A stretch of DNA of 64,000 nt from the human T2T-CHM13v2.0 reference genome, Homo sapiens: the NCBI RefSeq assembly GCF_009914755.1, contig NC_060928.1; one strand, 5' to 3'. The notes below the pieces were generated by a model. That model saw nothing but the letters and a program-made list of their open reading frames with translations, was not told where the DNA came from and did no database searches. Below, in pieces: positions 1 to 13,830 of this stretch; position 1 is the first letter of the stretch, and each line of letters opens with the position of its first letter. Position numbers and translations under genes: made by a program.

Positions 1-395
1 TGAACACAATGATGTCAGTGAGTATTTTCATGATAACAAATGAGGGCAACTTAAATTCTTAAAAACCAGGGCAAAGCTAAATAAATGATAACGTACTACA
101 GAAAAAAAGTCATAATATAAAAACAATTTTAAATATTTTAAATCATACTGATATAGCAAGTGAAAAACATGAAAACTTTATGGTGGCATAATATTCTATA
201 TATGCACAGAGCTTAAAAAATATAGACAATGATTTTATCTTAGCCATGCAATTATGGATGACATTTATTTTCTCAATTATTTTCTAAATTCTCTAAAGAG
301 CATAGTAGCAGTATACATAATGCTTAAAAGTTTAAGATCTATATTTGGCTGTCTGGTTTCTCATTTTTAGTAACTTTTTAAAATGTTGACTATTT

Positions 396-560
396 TACTA
401 TCTTTGTGACCTTGGACATTTTGCTTATATTCTTTAGACCTCAGTTTCCTCATCTATGAAAATGGGATAGTAATAATATCTATCTCATACAGCTGCTCTA
501 AAGATTAAATGAAATAATGTAAAATGTTTAGAACAGTGCTGGCATATAATTAACCATTTG
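396..560 (+). mobile_element. MIR SINE
   Basis: MIR core: tgtgaccttgg...cctcagtttcctcatctatgaaaatgggatagtaata. Confidence 0.7.
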
Positions 561-964
561 ATACATTTTAGGCATTCACTATTTTTATAAAAAGAATTAT
601 AATTATTTTATTCATTTTTTATAATAATTTATTATCTAAATATTTAAATTCTAAAACAATGGAAACAGATACACTTATCTGTTCAATAAGACAGTTGGGT
701 ATGGTTAAAAGTCCAATTTAATCACACTTGGTTTGCTTTGAGAAAGATATGAGAGAAATCTGATAAAAGGCACATTGGTCAAAGAGATAAGTGTAGTCCT
801 TGCCCAAGCAAAGCATGCCTCTTCACTGTGGCTTTATTCATATCTGTTTCTTATGGATTGCACTAAACTAGTTCTCTCCTGATTGCTTAGTACTCTGAAA
901 AGAACTGAGCTGATTAATAATGTGTTATAAGTGTGACATAATATGCTTAGAAATATAGATTCTT

Positions 965-2052
965 CCATTCAGGACATAGGCATGAGCAAGGACTTCATGT
1001 CTAAAACACCAAAAGCAATGGCAACAAAAGCCAAAATTGACAAATTGTGTCTAATTAAACTCAAGAGCTTCTGCACAGCAAAAGAAACTACCATCAGAGT
1101 GAACAGGCAACCTACAGAATGGGAGAAAATTTTTGCAATCTACTCATCTGACAAAGGGCTAATATCCAGAATCTACAATGAACTCAAACAAATTTACAAG
1201 AAAAAAACAAACAACCCCATCAAAAAGTGGGTGAAGGATATGAACAGACACTTCTCAAAAGAAGACATTTATGCAGCCGAAAGACACATGAAAAAATGCT
1301 CATCATCACTGGCCATCAGAGAAATGCAAATCAAAACCACAATGAGATACCATCTCACACCAGTTAGAATGGCGATCATTAAAAAGTCAAGAAACAACAG
1401 GTGCTGGAGAGGATGTGGAGAAATGGGAACACTTTTACACTGTTGGTGGGACTGTAAACTAGTTCAACCACTGTGGAAGTCCGTGTGGCGATTCCTCAGG
1501 GATCTAGAGCTAGAAATACCATTTGATCCAGCAATCTCATTACTGGGTACATACCCAAAGGATTAGAAATCATGCTGCTATAAAGACACATGCCCACGTA
1601 TGTTTATTGCAGCACTATTCACAATAGCAAAGACTTGGAACCAACCCAAATGTCCAACAATGATAGACTGGATTAAGAAAATGTGGCACATATACACCAT
1701 GGAATACTATGCAGCCATAAAAAAGGATGAGTTCGTGTCCTTGTAGGGACATGGATGGAGCTGGAAACCATCGTTCTCAGCAAACTATCACAAGGACAAA
1801 AAACCAAACCTATGTTCTCACTCATAGGTGGGAATTGAACAATGAGAACACATGGACACAGGAAGGGGAACATCACACACTGGGGCCGGTTGTGGGGTGG
1901 GGGTAGGGGGGAGGGATAGCATTAGGAGATATATCTAATGTTAAATGATGAGTTAATGGGTGCAGCACACCAACATGGCACATGTATACATATGTAACTA
2001 ACCTGCACATTGTGCACATGTACCCTAAAACTTAAAGTATAATAAAAAAAAG
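965..2052 (+). mobile_element. 5'-truncated L1PA (L1PA3/4-like): ORF2 C-terminus, 3'UTR and poly(A)
   Basis: ORF 943-1566 is the L1 ORF2 C-terminus (CWRGC...HCWWDC); G-rich 3'UTR; ends taaagtataataaaaaaaa. Confidence 0.93.
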
Positions 2053-2948
2053 AAATTCTTCTGAAAAACATTGAATTCACAATATGTAATGCTTAAATAC
2101 TTTTTCCCCTTTTGCTGAGGACCACAATCTTCTCTTCTCTACAAGCCAGTGGGAATAAAAGGAGAAAATGTTTAAAACGTGCACTGAATTGACTCTGTCT
2201 GTTTCCAATGCCCTACATGTTGCAGCAGATCTCTGTCTCAGTGTCTTCCTTTTCTCCTAAAGGGAGCAAAGAGTGGATTGAAATAGCTAGTTCCCCCAGG
2301 GAATAGATCTGGAGAGCTAAGCGATTTAATCCCAATGTGTCTATAGTGCTCTCTATCCCTGGGGCTGTATGTTTAATAGAAAAACTAGTCTGAATGTTAG
2401 CTCTGGATTTACTAGAGCTAAAATTGGACAAATTATCAAATTTCTGAGCATTAAGTTTCTCATGTGTAAGTCAAGATCAATGGGACTTATTTCTAAGAGT
2501 TAGTGGAAGGAGAAAATGAAATATTAACGTGGGGTAAAACGTGTGGCATACCGTAGGCATCCATTAAATGGTAGCTTCTCCTGTCTAACAAGTAGGGAAC
2601 AAAGGGAACGGTGGAGTTCCCTTTGTTATAATTGCCAACCGTGAGCTAATAACTGCCAACAGTGAGCATGTGTCAAGTACTATTTTCAACACTTCATGTG
2701 TAATAATGCAGCTAATCCTCACAACAGTCTTAACAGTTGGATAAAGTTATTTCCTCTGTTTAATAGACAAGGAGGAGAATATAAGGGAATTTTAGTTTGG
2801 AGTAACTTTGGAGCTCCTTGCAACTTTATTTATATATACATATTGTAAAATCTTCTTCACTTTTTCTAGACTGTGAACTCTTCAATGACAAAAAACCATA
2901 TTTGTGTATTCCCAAGTTTGCTTGGATTATAGAAAATGGACAAAAAAA

Positions 2949-3162
2949 CTATAGTTAACCATAATATATTGTATGTTACAAAATAGCTAGAAGAGAGGAC
3001 TTTGAATATTCTTGCCACAAAGACATGATAAATATCTAAGGTGATGGATATGCTAATTATCCAAATTTTATTATTACACATTACATACATGTAATGAAAC
3101 ATCGCACTGTACCCCATAAATATTTACAATGATTATGTGTCAACTAATTTTTTTAAAAAAAG
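2949..3162 (+). mobile_element. L1MA-type 3' end fragment
   Basis: aaaatagctagaagagaggactttgaatattc...gtaccccataaatatttacaat followed by an A tail. Confidence 0.7.
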
Positions 3163-4605
3163 AAAGCATATGATAAATACACTCTAAAGAGAACCTATCT
3201 GCCTCAGTGGATGTGGAAATCAGTACTGCATTAAATACAGAAATTCATTTCACTTAAATTTCAGTGGCTACCAACAAATGGCTTATTTATATTTCCTTCA
3301 TTTGTAATATATATTTTCACACTTGTAGGTCAAAATTTTATAGTAATTATCAAAATCATTCAACCTTTGTACATTGAGTAACAATACAGATTTTATACTG
3401 AGTGTGATGAATTATGTTGTAACTTTAGGAAGTCTGCTGTTAATTTAGTGTCTCATCACTTTCTGCTGTTTCCCTGTACCCCCTGAATCAACAACACAGT
3501 TCACTGCTTTCTTCTGGTTTTGCTCAAAGCCTGTGTCCATGTAATTAATCAAACCAAATGTATAAAACTTTGAACCAACTGTTAGGCAATGGAAGTAATC
3601 AGGGACTGGCCAGCCTGAGGATGGTTAAGTGGCCACAAACATGGCTGGAGTCAGACACATTAGGATTTACACTCTATAAAGCAACTGTGAGCAATGGAAT
3701 AAAATACAGCTAGCAAAAAGTCCCTGTATTAAATCATTTTCTGCATTAGGGAACCAAAGAAAGCAAATGCCAAAGAATGTTTCAAGTCATTATTATACAT
3801 CTATTTGAACCAGTTTAAAATTTGCTTTTAAACAACATTCCTTGAACTCAGTGAGTTGTTTTGAGACATTTCAGAGAAGAGTCAGGGACCAAACAATTTT
3901 GCCTGATATATTTATTTGCCAATTATATAAATATTTTAGAAAATAGCACTTTGACAGAACTTTAAAACATTCATCTGTAAGTAGTTTGTGACCTAGGGTC
4001 TTTAACCTTTTGAATCATCCTTTTATTGGTTTATGGAAATGCTGTAGTTGTTCAAGAACATGTTTTGATGTTGCAACAGAAGCCTAAAATAATCAGAAAA
4101 GTCCATACTTTAGACTTTTACTCTACAGTAACACAAGATGACTTTCATTTAAAGATGCAACTGCCTATGGTAATAATTGCCAATAAGCATCTCATTTGCA
4201 ATAAGTATGCAACCTTTTAGAAGCAATAATTTTATGTCTATTTGCAAGAACTATCAACATTTATATCTCTCTCTTTGCAGGACTCTTTTAAGGGTCTCAT
4301 GTAACTGTGAAATAAATGTTAGTTAGATATTGATTTCTACACTATAATAGAAAGATTGATGGCAGGGACAGTGAGAATCTATAAAACATTTTGTACATTT
4401 CATGTTAGAATATTCCACAATTAATGCATCAGTCTCCTGGAGATATCAAAAGAAGCTATTTTGGTAGGAATATTATTCATTGTAGAGCATCAATTTCACA
4501 TTCTAAATTGAATGCTCAGAGAGAGAGGAATTTATACAGTCTTTCTTGACCAAGACAATAATAAAGTATGTCAAAGTGTAATCAAGATAGGCTACACACT
4601 GCATT

Positions 4606-4633
4606 TGTGTGTGTGTGTGTGTATGTGTGTGTG
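4606..4633. repeat. (TG)n microsatellite
   Basis: Direct reading. Confidence 0.9.
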
Positions 4634-5989
4634 TTTGTACAATTATTATGATGTATAGATGATGGCTGGAGGTGATTAAAGTTGACCAGTAAAGATATAA
4701 TTACATAATTAAAGACAATATCCATTTAAATATGAAAACGAATTTCCTGACAATCTAAAGATACATGTCAATCTACTAATAAATAAGAAGGAAAAATAAA
4801 ATACTGCTGAAAGGTAAGACAAAGATAGGTAAATGACCTACTTTTGGAGGGAGGAGCCTACATGTACTCTGTAGGGGGTGGGGAGAGATCATGTAGGGTC
4901 TTAGCCAGACAGAAGTTTGAAAATAGGTGATATATTCTCCAAAGATTTCCTTCGGCAAAATATTCATCAAGAACTTGAGGAACAAATTTGAGCTTACTAA
5001 AAACAGGGTGATCTATGGCTTCCTAGGATTTTTCAAAACATGATCTCACCTATAGTCTGGAGATAAGCAGATCAACATGTCTGGATTTCGGGCAGGTCAA
5101 CATGGATTGTATAAAGACAGTATTCACTGGCACCATGGTAGATGAAATCAGGTAATAAAATCATAATACTGGAGTGAAGGAAAAGAGAATTTCCTCATAG
5201 AAGGACTTCGTGTTAAAACATACCTACTGGTAGTTGGGGAAACCTCCCTCTCTTTGCTTGTTATCTGAAATGTGAACATCCCTCTACACAAGCAGAGAAT
5301 GGTAAGAACTGGGGTCTGTGGAACATCTTAAAAGATACAGGTAATGTTTGAATTAATGCCCATCATTTATTAGCTTTGGTTTAATTTTCAATTAAAATAT
5401 CAATTCAGTAACATAATTTATGATGAAGTGTTTTAAAATTTTAGCCCATAGGCTCAGGTATGTACAAAATATACCTCTCTTTATTTTTCTGTAATGCAGA
5501 ACAATTATGCTAAACCCTATTCTACCAGGGTGGTACATATAAAATCTTACTTGAGATTTGGTCTTGCTTATTCTAAGGATTGTTTTTAATTCACACAAAA
5601 ATGAGATTGTAGGGGTTATCCCCCTGGCCAACACTGTCATTATTTGTCTACTTGGCAGCCACAAACATGTACACATTTCCTAAATGCCTGAATTCCTTAG
5701 GTACATTGACTGTCTCCACAACAGTTGCAACAGGATAAAATGATGTATATTATTATATTTCTTCCATGGTATTGCTGGGGCATAGAAATGTTCAGAGAGG
5801 CCATCTGAAGCCTTCTCTGCCCAGACTTTTCAGGAAGCTGCTTTTATCAGATCCCACATGTCTAGCTCAAGTTTCATTACTTCAACTCTCTTCGGGAAGT
5901 CTCTCTCCCTAGGTCCAGCAATAGCTATTATGTTATGATCCTCTCTTTCAATCCACACCACCCCCAGTCCAGCAAAAACTTTCCTGTAA

Positions 5990-6206
5990 CAGTGTTTCTC
6001 AACCTCAGAACTATTGATATTTTGAAGCAGAGACTTCTTTCTTGTGAAGGGCTCTTCTATTTATGGTAAAATATTTATCAGTATCCCTGGCCTCTACCCA
6101 ATAGTTCCAGTAGCATCCCCCTTCCCTAAATTATGGTAATGAAAAATGTCTCTGGATTTTACCAAATGTCCCTTTGGGGGCAAAATCACCCCAGCTGAGA
6201 ACTATT
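5990..6206 (-). mobile_element. MER20 (hAT-Charlie) DNA transposon
   Basis: Termini cagtgtttctcaacc and gggcaaaatcaccccagctgagaactatt; ~217 bp. Confidence 0.8.
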
Positions 6207-7253
6207 CTAGAAGCCCCCATTCAAACCTTACTTTTTTCAAATCTTTTGTCCTCACAATGCCATATGGGTTTATTCTATTATTTCAGGTCTCAGAGCAAAG
6301 GAAACAATATATGAAACGAGAGAAAAGGTATATTAAAAAATTATCCTTCCATAATAGCGATACTTCTTCTTGGCATGTAATAATTCCTCCCTGTTAAGTA
6401 AATGAATAATAGCTTGCATGAAAACCCTGCAAGAACTATCATATTATTTTACTAATTATCATTTCTAAGTGGGTGTAGAACTAATAAGACATCCTTAGCA
6501 TTGACAGGTAAACAATTATAAAAGAGTGTATAATCCTTTCTTCGTTAACCAAGTAGTTTAAAATTGTTATAAAATTTTCAGAAATTTAAAATGGTATAAA
6601 ACTAATCCGACAAATAGCTGCATGTTTATCATCCGCCTTAAGACCTAAAATGTCGCTGCCACTGTTGAAGCCTCTATTACCCCTCCTGATTGCATTCCAA
6701 GAGTAGCCACTATTTCTCCCTTGATAATGAGACATACACAATCACTTTGAAGTTCTCACTGCTGAGCAACTGTAGTGACTTATATAACTACACCAATATT
6801 CAACAGTTTGGATCTGGCTATCAGCAGTAGAAAATTTCAAATTCAACAAGATTCAGAGAGATGTAGGTTAATGAGCTTTGGCTTATTCAAAGTGAAAAAT
6901 CTGCTAATGCTATGATAAAACAGAGAACAAAAACTCAAAATAACCAATCAAAATAGCTAGACGTTTCTTTGAGGCACAAGTAAATCTCTGTCCCATTGTC
7001 GAGATTTTGTTTATAAACTCTTTCCCCCATGATTCCAGCTGCCTAAAGGAGTAACAAAACAGCTTAAATTGAGAGCTGTGGGTAACATGGCATTAAATTC
7101 TCTCTGTACTTTTTTCTTTTCCCATTGCTTTCTTACAGTATCTGTCACTTTGTTCTTTGTAATAAAGTACAAAAATTTCACATTGGGTCTTTAAATCAAG
7201 CTCTCATTAATGAAGAAAAATGTGATATTGCAGAATAATCACTACTAGTTGCC

Positions 7254-7258
<5 letters not shown>

Positions 7259-7285
<27 letters not shown>
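7259..7285. repeat. (TA)n microsatellite
   Basis: Direct reading. Confidence 0.9.
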
Positions 7286-7291
<6 letters not shown>

Positions 7292-7399
7292 CCATCAAAG
7301 ATAATTATATGTTTTTATTTGGTGTCAGTAAGGTAATACAATTTCTGGGGAACAAAAATGCCTGGAATTTGCAATAGCGTAACCCATAGAGTATTAGTC

Positions 7400-8520
7400 A
7401 TGAAAAGATCAAGTAGGAACAATCCTAATTGCCATTTTGAAGGGATGTTTAATGGTGACCCATGGAGAGAAGAATATTGGTACCAGGGCATACAGAAAGT
7501 GTTCCATTGAACTTAAAGCCACAGCTGCCACCTGGTCACTTTGGGTTCCTCATGCTTGTGGGCCAGAAGATAAATAAAAAAGTTATACTGTTTGATATAA
7601 TTGACTCAGATTGTCAGGAATAGTTCAGATCATTGACACTTATGGGGACTTGTGATGTTTCCATGCCATGGAAAAATGGTAAATAAGCGATTTCAGCAAC
7701 TGTGGTTAGACAAGGGCAAGACAACCAAGAGCTCAAACCCCTCAGGGATGAAAATTTAGGTGACCCTACCAGGTAAGCATATTGAATTATTTCAATTTCT
7801 GACAAAACACAGTGAAAATCTAGAATGGATTGAAGGAGGGAGATGATGAATATTGATGATGGCCTAAGGACCAGGTGCAGTAGTGATGAGGGTAGCTTGT
7901 TTCTCTAAAACTAAATGACCAAGAAAATTCAATATGAGCTCCTGTAAATTGGAGTAATGCAAGACTATGAGTGATGCAATTCTGAGTGAAGCAGACCATG
8001 ACATTCATTTATTTTCCTCCCCATCACATACCCCAAACTTACCTTTCATCTCAGTCACAACTGTAGTGAAGAGCTCCAGAAAACCTCAGATTCATCCTGC
8101 ACTGATAGCAGTCCACTGTAAGAGCAAGCATATTTTTGCATTCTGCTTCAAAGCCTTCCCCAAGGTAGTGGGAGTCTGCTTGACTAGTATGGAAAAAGAG
8201 TCCCAAGTAGAGGAAGAGAGTTTATGTCCCTGGGAGTAATCCTCAACCACTAGGCAAGGAGAACTGATGGTTACCTGCACCAGACTCCAGGCCTTCAAGG
8301 CAAGCAATTCCAGAAAGCATTCTATGTGCTCCCCACAAATTCCAGAGGAATGGAGGCCCTGTTTCTCATAGCAGCAACTCAGTGAGGCATACATTTATAC
8401 TGGCTTCCCACTCCTCCAGGTTTCACTCCTCTTACCTCTTATGTTTGTGTCTTGGATACCCTCGCAAATCAACTACAAGGACCCAAGTCCTTGTCTGAGG
8501 TTCTGATTTTAGGAGAGTAA
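7400..8520 (+). mobile_element. ERVL internal remnant (dUTPase and pol C-terminus) followed by an LTR16-like LTR
   Basis: 7477-7623 translates LVPGHTESVPLNLKPQLPPGHFGFLM...IIDSDCQE (ERVL dUTPase-like); ~7738 PSGMKI*VTLPGK; LTR16-like end acccaagtccttgtctgaggttctgattttagg. Confidence 0.72.
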
Positions 8521-9205
8521 AAATTATGGCAATTCCAAAAGAATAAAAAATAAAAATAAAAAATCTCCTGCCTACAAAAACACATTTTTTTCTGGGTGTT
8601 CTATAGATTATAAAAACATTTATTTTTCTATTTTGCAATTGGCCATTTTAAAGCTCTTTGGTTTTTATTTCTTTGGTCCTGTGTTGCATTCTCATTTCAG
8701 AAGTAGCCAGTTAGCCCAAAGCGTTTATTTACTTTAGTCTTAGTGTGGTAATGGTACCGTCCCCAATGTTCTGCCTGTCACTTTTCTTAGTTTAATGTTG
8801 TAGTAAACAAAGTTAAGACACCACCATAATTCTGAGGTATGTTTAACACTTGCTCAAGAGGTTAACTTCTTGTGTTTTTTTCCCAAATGACCTGATTCCC
8901 TCATAGTCTCTGTGGTTAGTTGTATTTGGAGGTATTTGGCTCTGAATTTAAACATTTAAATGTGGTTGGCCTTTGGAAAACACCAGACAGTGAGTCAGAG
9001 GCTTTTCATTCCTTTCTATGATTCTGAGCATTATGTTGAGAAACCTCCTACCCTCTCTAGGCAATTTCTCCATCTGTAATGGAGCCACCCAGCACTTTTC
9101 TGTATCCTGGATTAGAGTCAGTGTTAATAGCACTGGGAGACTCTTTGATACTTTAATCAGAAATGGGCCTAATTCCATTAAATTTTCTTGTGTTTATAAT
9201 CTAAG

Positions 9206-9529
9206 CAGGGGTGCCCAATCCCCGGGCTATCAGTCTGTCCCCTGTTAGGAACTGGGCCACACAGCAGGAGGTGAGCAGCAGGCAAGACAGCATTACTGCT
9301 TGAGCTCCATCTCTGATAAAATTAGATTCTCATAGGAGCATGAACCCTATTGTGAACTGCATGCGAGGTTTATAGGTTGCGAGCTCCTTGTGAGAATTTA
9401 ACTAATGCCTGATGATCTGAGGTGGGGCAGTTTCATTCCCGAAACTACTCCCCCACCCTCACCATCCTTGGAAAAATTGTCTTCCACAAAACAGGTCCCT
9501 GGTGCCAAAAAAAAGGTTGAGGACCGCTG
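9206..9529 (+). mobile_element. MER1B-like (hAT-Charlie) DNA transposon
   Basis: TIR-like ends caggggtgcccaa and ttgaggaccgctg; body ccacacagcaggaggtgagc...ggaaaaattgtcttccacaaaacaggtccctggtgccaaaa. Confidence 0.8.
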
Positions 9530-9969
9530 ATTTAAAGTACTTCTATTAGTTGTTATATTTTGTCGTGTCTGGAAAAATGTGTTAACTATAAGAGAAGAGA
9601 GAATGATCTTTTGTACTTTGATAGAATAATTGCATTCTGATACAGGAAAATAAAACTATTTCTAAGTGGGGGAAACAAAATCATTTCTTAAAACACTGAA
9701 TAGACTATTAGCCCTTTACATGGCTTTCTGAGTCTCATTCTGGCCAAGTCAATACTATGTTGCCTCCTAGTTTTACAAGGGTACATTCCTTCCAATAAAA
9801 CAATGTGTGAATCCACAGGACACTCCAAGAAAATGAGGAATGGCATTTATTGGTACCTTGTTAGAACACAAGCATAAACCTCTACTGCACTAAAGCTGTG
9901 TGTGAAAAGAGTCTGGGAGAGAAGGAAGGGGCGGTATGGCAGCAAATGATTCTATAGGGATGCGTGGGA

Positions 9970-10010
9970 GTGTGTGTGTGTGTGTGTTTTCTCAGTCTGT
10001 GTATGTGTGT
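9970..10010. repeat. (TG)n microsatellite, imperfect
   Basis: Direct reading. Confidence 0.8.
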
Positions 10011-10999
10011 TTTCTGGGTGTTGTTAAGAGGTAGTCTGTAATAAGAATATAACTCCACTTACTTTTCTATTAGAGATAGCATTTTGTTGTACAAATTCTC
10101 TTTGAAGTTCTTTGATAAATCTTTGGCTCATTCATTAGTATCTTAGGGTCAAGTGCTATAAACAGATTAATAACTTATTTTGTTTTCAGCACTGATATGG
10201 AAGGGGATTGGGCATGGGGCGTGAGGAATAATTTTCATTTTGAAGATGACGTGGATCTGCATGACAGTCTCTGGTCTTCCAGAGAGAAGTGACAAAGCTC
10301 TAGGTTCCAGAGATACAAGAATGAGGAGGAGGCAAAACAGCTTGGGAATGAAGGTGAAAGCTGACAAAAAGAAAAACTGTTTGACAGTTGTTGACTTTGC
10401 AATTTTTCCTGATAAACTCTTACAAAAGTATCTCCAGGTTAGTATGAAGATAAGAGAACATCCCTATCGATTTATCCCAGTTTTCCCAGTCAAGTCTGTG
10501 TCCCAAATGGAAAAAGAGAAAAAGAGACCAATTAAAAGGAACTAGAAAAGAAAAAAACTATATATTACTAAACACACATGCACTCGCACACACACACCAA
10601 GGAGTTCTTGAGCTCATTTTCCCTGTCTTTCATACTTACCAACAAAAATATTTAAAACATTAGGATTTATATCCTCTAATACTTATCTTTTATAAGTACT
10701 ATGTAAGACATTAATAAATGCACAGAAGAAATTGATGATTCAGAGCGAGAGAAATGAGACAGCTACTTCAAGTTTACTTGCAGGAGGCGATTGATTTTGG
10801 GAGGCTTTAAAAATAAAGGTAGAATGTTTTATAAGGTTTTTCCTAAACTGGTAAATACCTGAACTTAAATTTAAGATAAAAATTTTATCTCCAATTCTAA
10901 TAAATTTCATTTCTCAATTTCTTTTGGATCCAACCTGACCACTCCAGCTCTGTTTTCTCTATCTATGTATCTGTTGCCTAAAATATTATTATAGGCCAA

Positions 11000-11520
11000 C
11001 TTAAAAGTCATCCTCAACTCTTCTCTTTCTCCCACACTCTACATCCAATCCAACAAAAAATCTTGTTGGTTCTACCTTCATAACCACTTTCACTGCTACC
11101 CCCCTGGGTTGAGCCACCATCTTCAGTCACCTGAATCATTGCAAAAGGCTCCTAACTGGTATCTTTAAGCTCTTCTATGTCTATTCTTAACACACTTGCC
11201 AGTGCAATCTTTACAAAATGTAAGTCAAACTATGATTCTGCTCTGTTCAAAATCCCCCATTGGTTCTCCTCTCACTCTGAGTTAACATCCAAATCCTTAG
11301 AGATGGGTCACAGGCCTTACCTCCCGAGGCTCCCTATTCCCTCCTTGATAGCATTTTCAACAGTGTTGTTTCCCTTGCTCACTCACCCCAGCCACCATGG
11401 GTTCTTTACTGTTCCTTAAACCCACAGCAGCTGTGCTTCTATTTTGTGGCTATTTATTTTGCCTGGAATCCCCTTCCACCAGATATCTACTTGGCTAACT
11501 TCCTCAGTCTCCTAACCTAT
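11000..11520 (+). mobile_element. L2 LINE fragment
   Basis: catccaatcc...ctcctaactggt...gcctggaatccccttccaccagatatc matches the L2a 3' region; L2 tail-like caataaatgtttga near 12030. Confidence 0.7.
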
Positions 11521-13511
11521 TCACTCACATCTCCTCTTCCCCAAGAGGAGCATTCCTTCAAGCTGACTCCTGTTTCTGAGTTTCTGAGCACTCCCTTACC
11601 TTCTGGAATAAAAAGCTATTCCAGGCTCGCCTCACATTTTCCCTTCAGTTGCTCTCAAGCCTTCATCGAAGGACTGTATACTTGTATAAATCAGCATATG
11701 GACATTCTCGGCTATAAGGGATGACATGGGAAAGAGTAACATGCAGGTGCCCAGCATTCACTACTCTACTGACACCTGCTCAATGCAGTAGCTTCCTGAT
11801 ACAAAGAATCATGATCCAGAATCCCAGACAATCACAATGCCTACAAAAACTCCTTTAAGACTTCATTATGTCCTGAATTCCATTTGTTTTTGTAAGTGCT
11901 TTATTAAATTAATTTTAAAATGGGCAGATTCATGTATGTCTTTTTAATTTTGTGTCCTGACTTCCTGGAGTTTTTCTTTTCATATTAGAAGATCCAACTT
12001 TGAGTATTTTCTAGCACTTAGTAGATGTTCAATAAATGTTTGATCCGGGATTGATAAGGGCCATCTTTTCAATTTTATCAACAATTCAAATGGAAAATAT
12101 TGAATCATATAATATGCCAGTGCCTGCAAATAGCAGGCATATTGCAAGAGTAACCAAAGTAAAAGCTGAAAGAGATTTCTACAATCTGCTGGTTCTGAGA
12201 TATAAATAGCAGAAAAAGTTTTTTGGGTTTACTGGTTTTCAACATTCCCATTGACAACATAATAAAGTGGCAAAAATTTATGGAAAAACATATTTGATGT
12301 TACCCTTGTTCAATCCAAGCTTTTGGAAAATTGTAGGAAAACTAAAATATTTCGATATTTATCTGAACTTTTGGTCAATTTTAGGAAAACTAAAATGTTT
12401 CAATAATGCCAAATTCAATATTTTTTTATGATTCAGTACTAAGTAAATGAATGTTATAAAATCGTGATTAACTACTAAATTAAAACCACCATGCCAGCTG
12501 CTAAATTCTAAGAGAAAGTATAAAATCCAGGAATTATGTTAACAGTATTTGTATTAAATCTATGACTGCCAAAACATCCATGTAGTTTTATGAATGCTAA
12601 ATAAGTGCCACAAATAAATCAATAATTAGGATGGTTTTAGAAAATAGCTACACTTCTTACTCAAAGAATATATCAAAATTTAGGATTGTAATTAACTCTG
12701 GTTGGAGGCAGAGGGACAGAATAGTGGAAAAGCACATAAGATTCAATAATATTGGTAAAAGTCTAGTTCCAATGTTCACGATACGCATGGGTGTTTGTTT
12801 TTATTATGCCTTTTATTAAGCTTTATTCTTTACATCTTTGGTAAGTTTCTTTTGCATATATCAATTATTTCATAATCAAATAGTATATTGGCAAATATTT
12901 CAGACAAGACTAATCTAGCATATCAAGTCTTGATTTCCTCATCTAAGATAATAGGGATAATAATAGTACTTGTACTATAAAATCAATGTTAAAATTAGAT
13001 GCAATAATATATAAAAATTATTTAGCAGAGTATCTAGTGTGTATGTATATTGGTATGCATGGTATGTATGTGTGTATGTACGTATATAACTAATCACTTT
13101 TGGCACTCTTTTTTCAATCTTTAGTCTTTAAAAGTATAATGTAGCTTTTGGCAAGTTTCAAAAGGTCAGGTATAAATACTGCATTTGGATCCACCTTGAA
13201 ATGTTTCAGTTATAAACAACATTCTTGATGAATGTTTCCATGTCTTAATAACACATTTATCTTGGAAAATAAGCATTAAACATTTTTCTTTAAAATGCAT
13301 GGAGACCTGCATTCTACATTTAGTGTTACAAATGTTGTCTAAGACCTTGGTCTTGATGGCTAGTTGTAAAAATCCTTGCCATAAATGAATAGGCAATAGA
13401 ACCTTAATAATTTGTGCTAAATAATGTGCTGGAAATTCTGAGCGTAATGAGTCAGAATTGATTATGAATTGTGATTTATCTACACTACAATTAGATTGTC
13501 TAATTTTACCT

Positions 13512-13830
<319 letters not shown>

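Noticed and set aside
943-1566. 207-aa ORF
   Set aside because: It is the L1 ORF2 C-terminus from a 5'-truncated insertion, with a chance ATG in the flank; not a host gene
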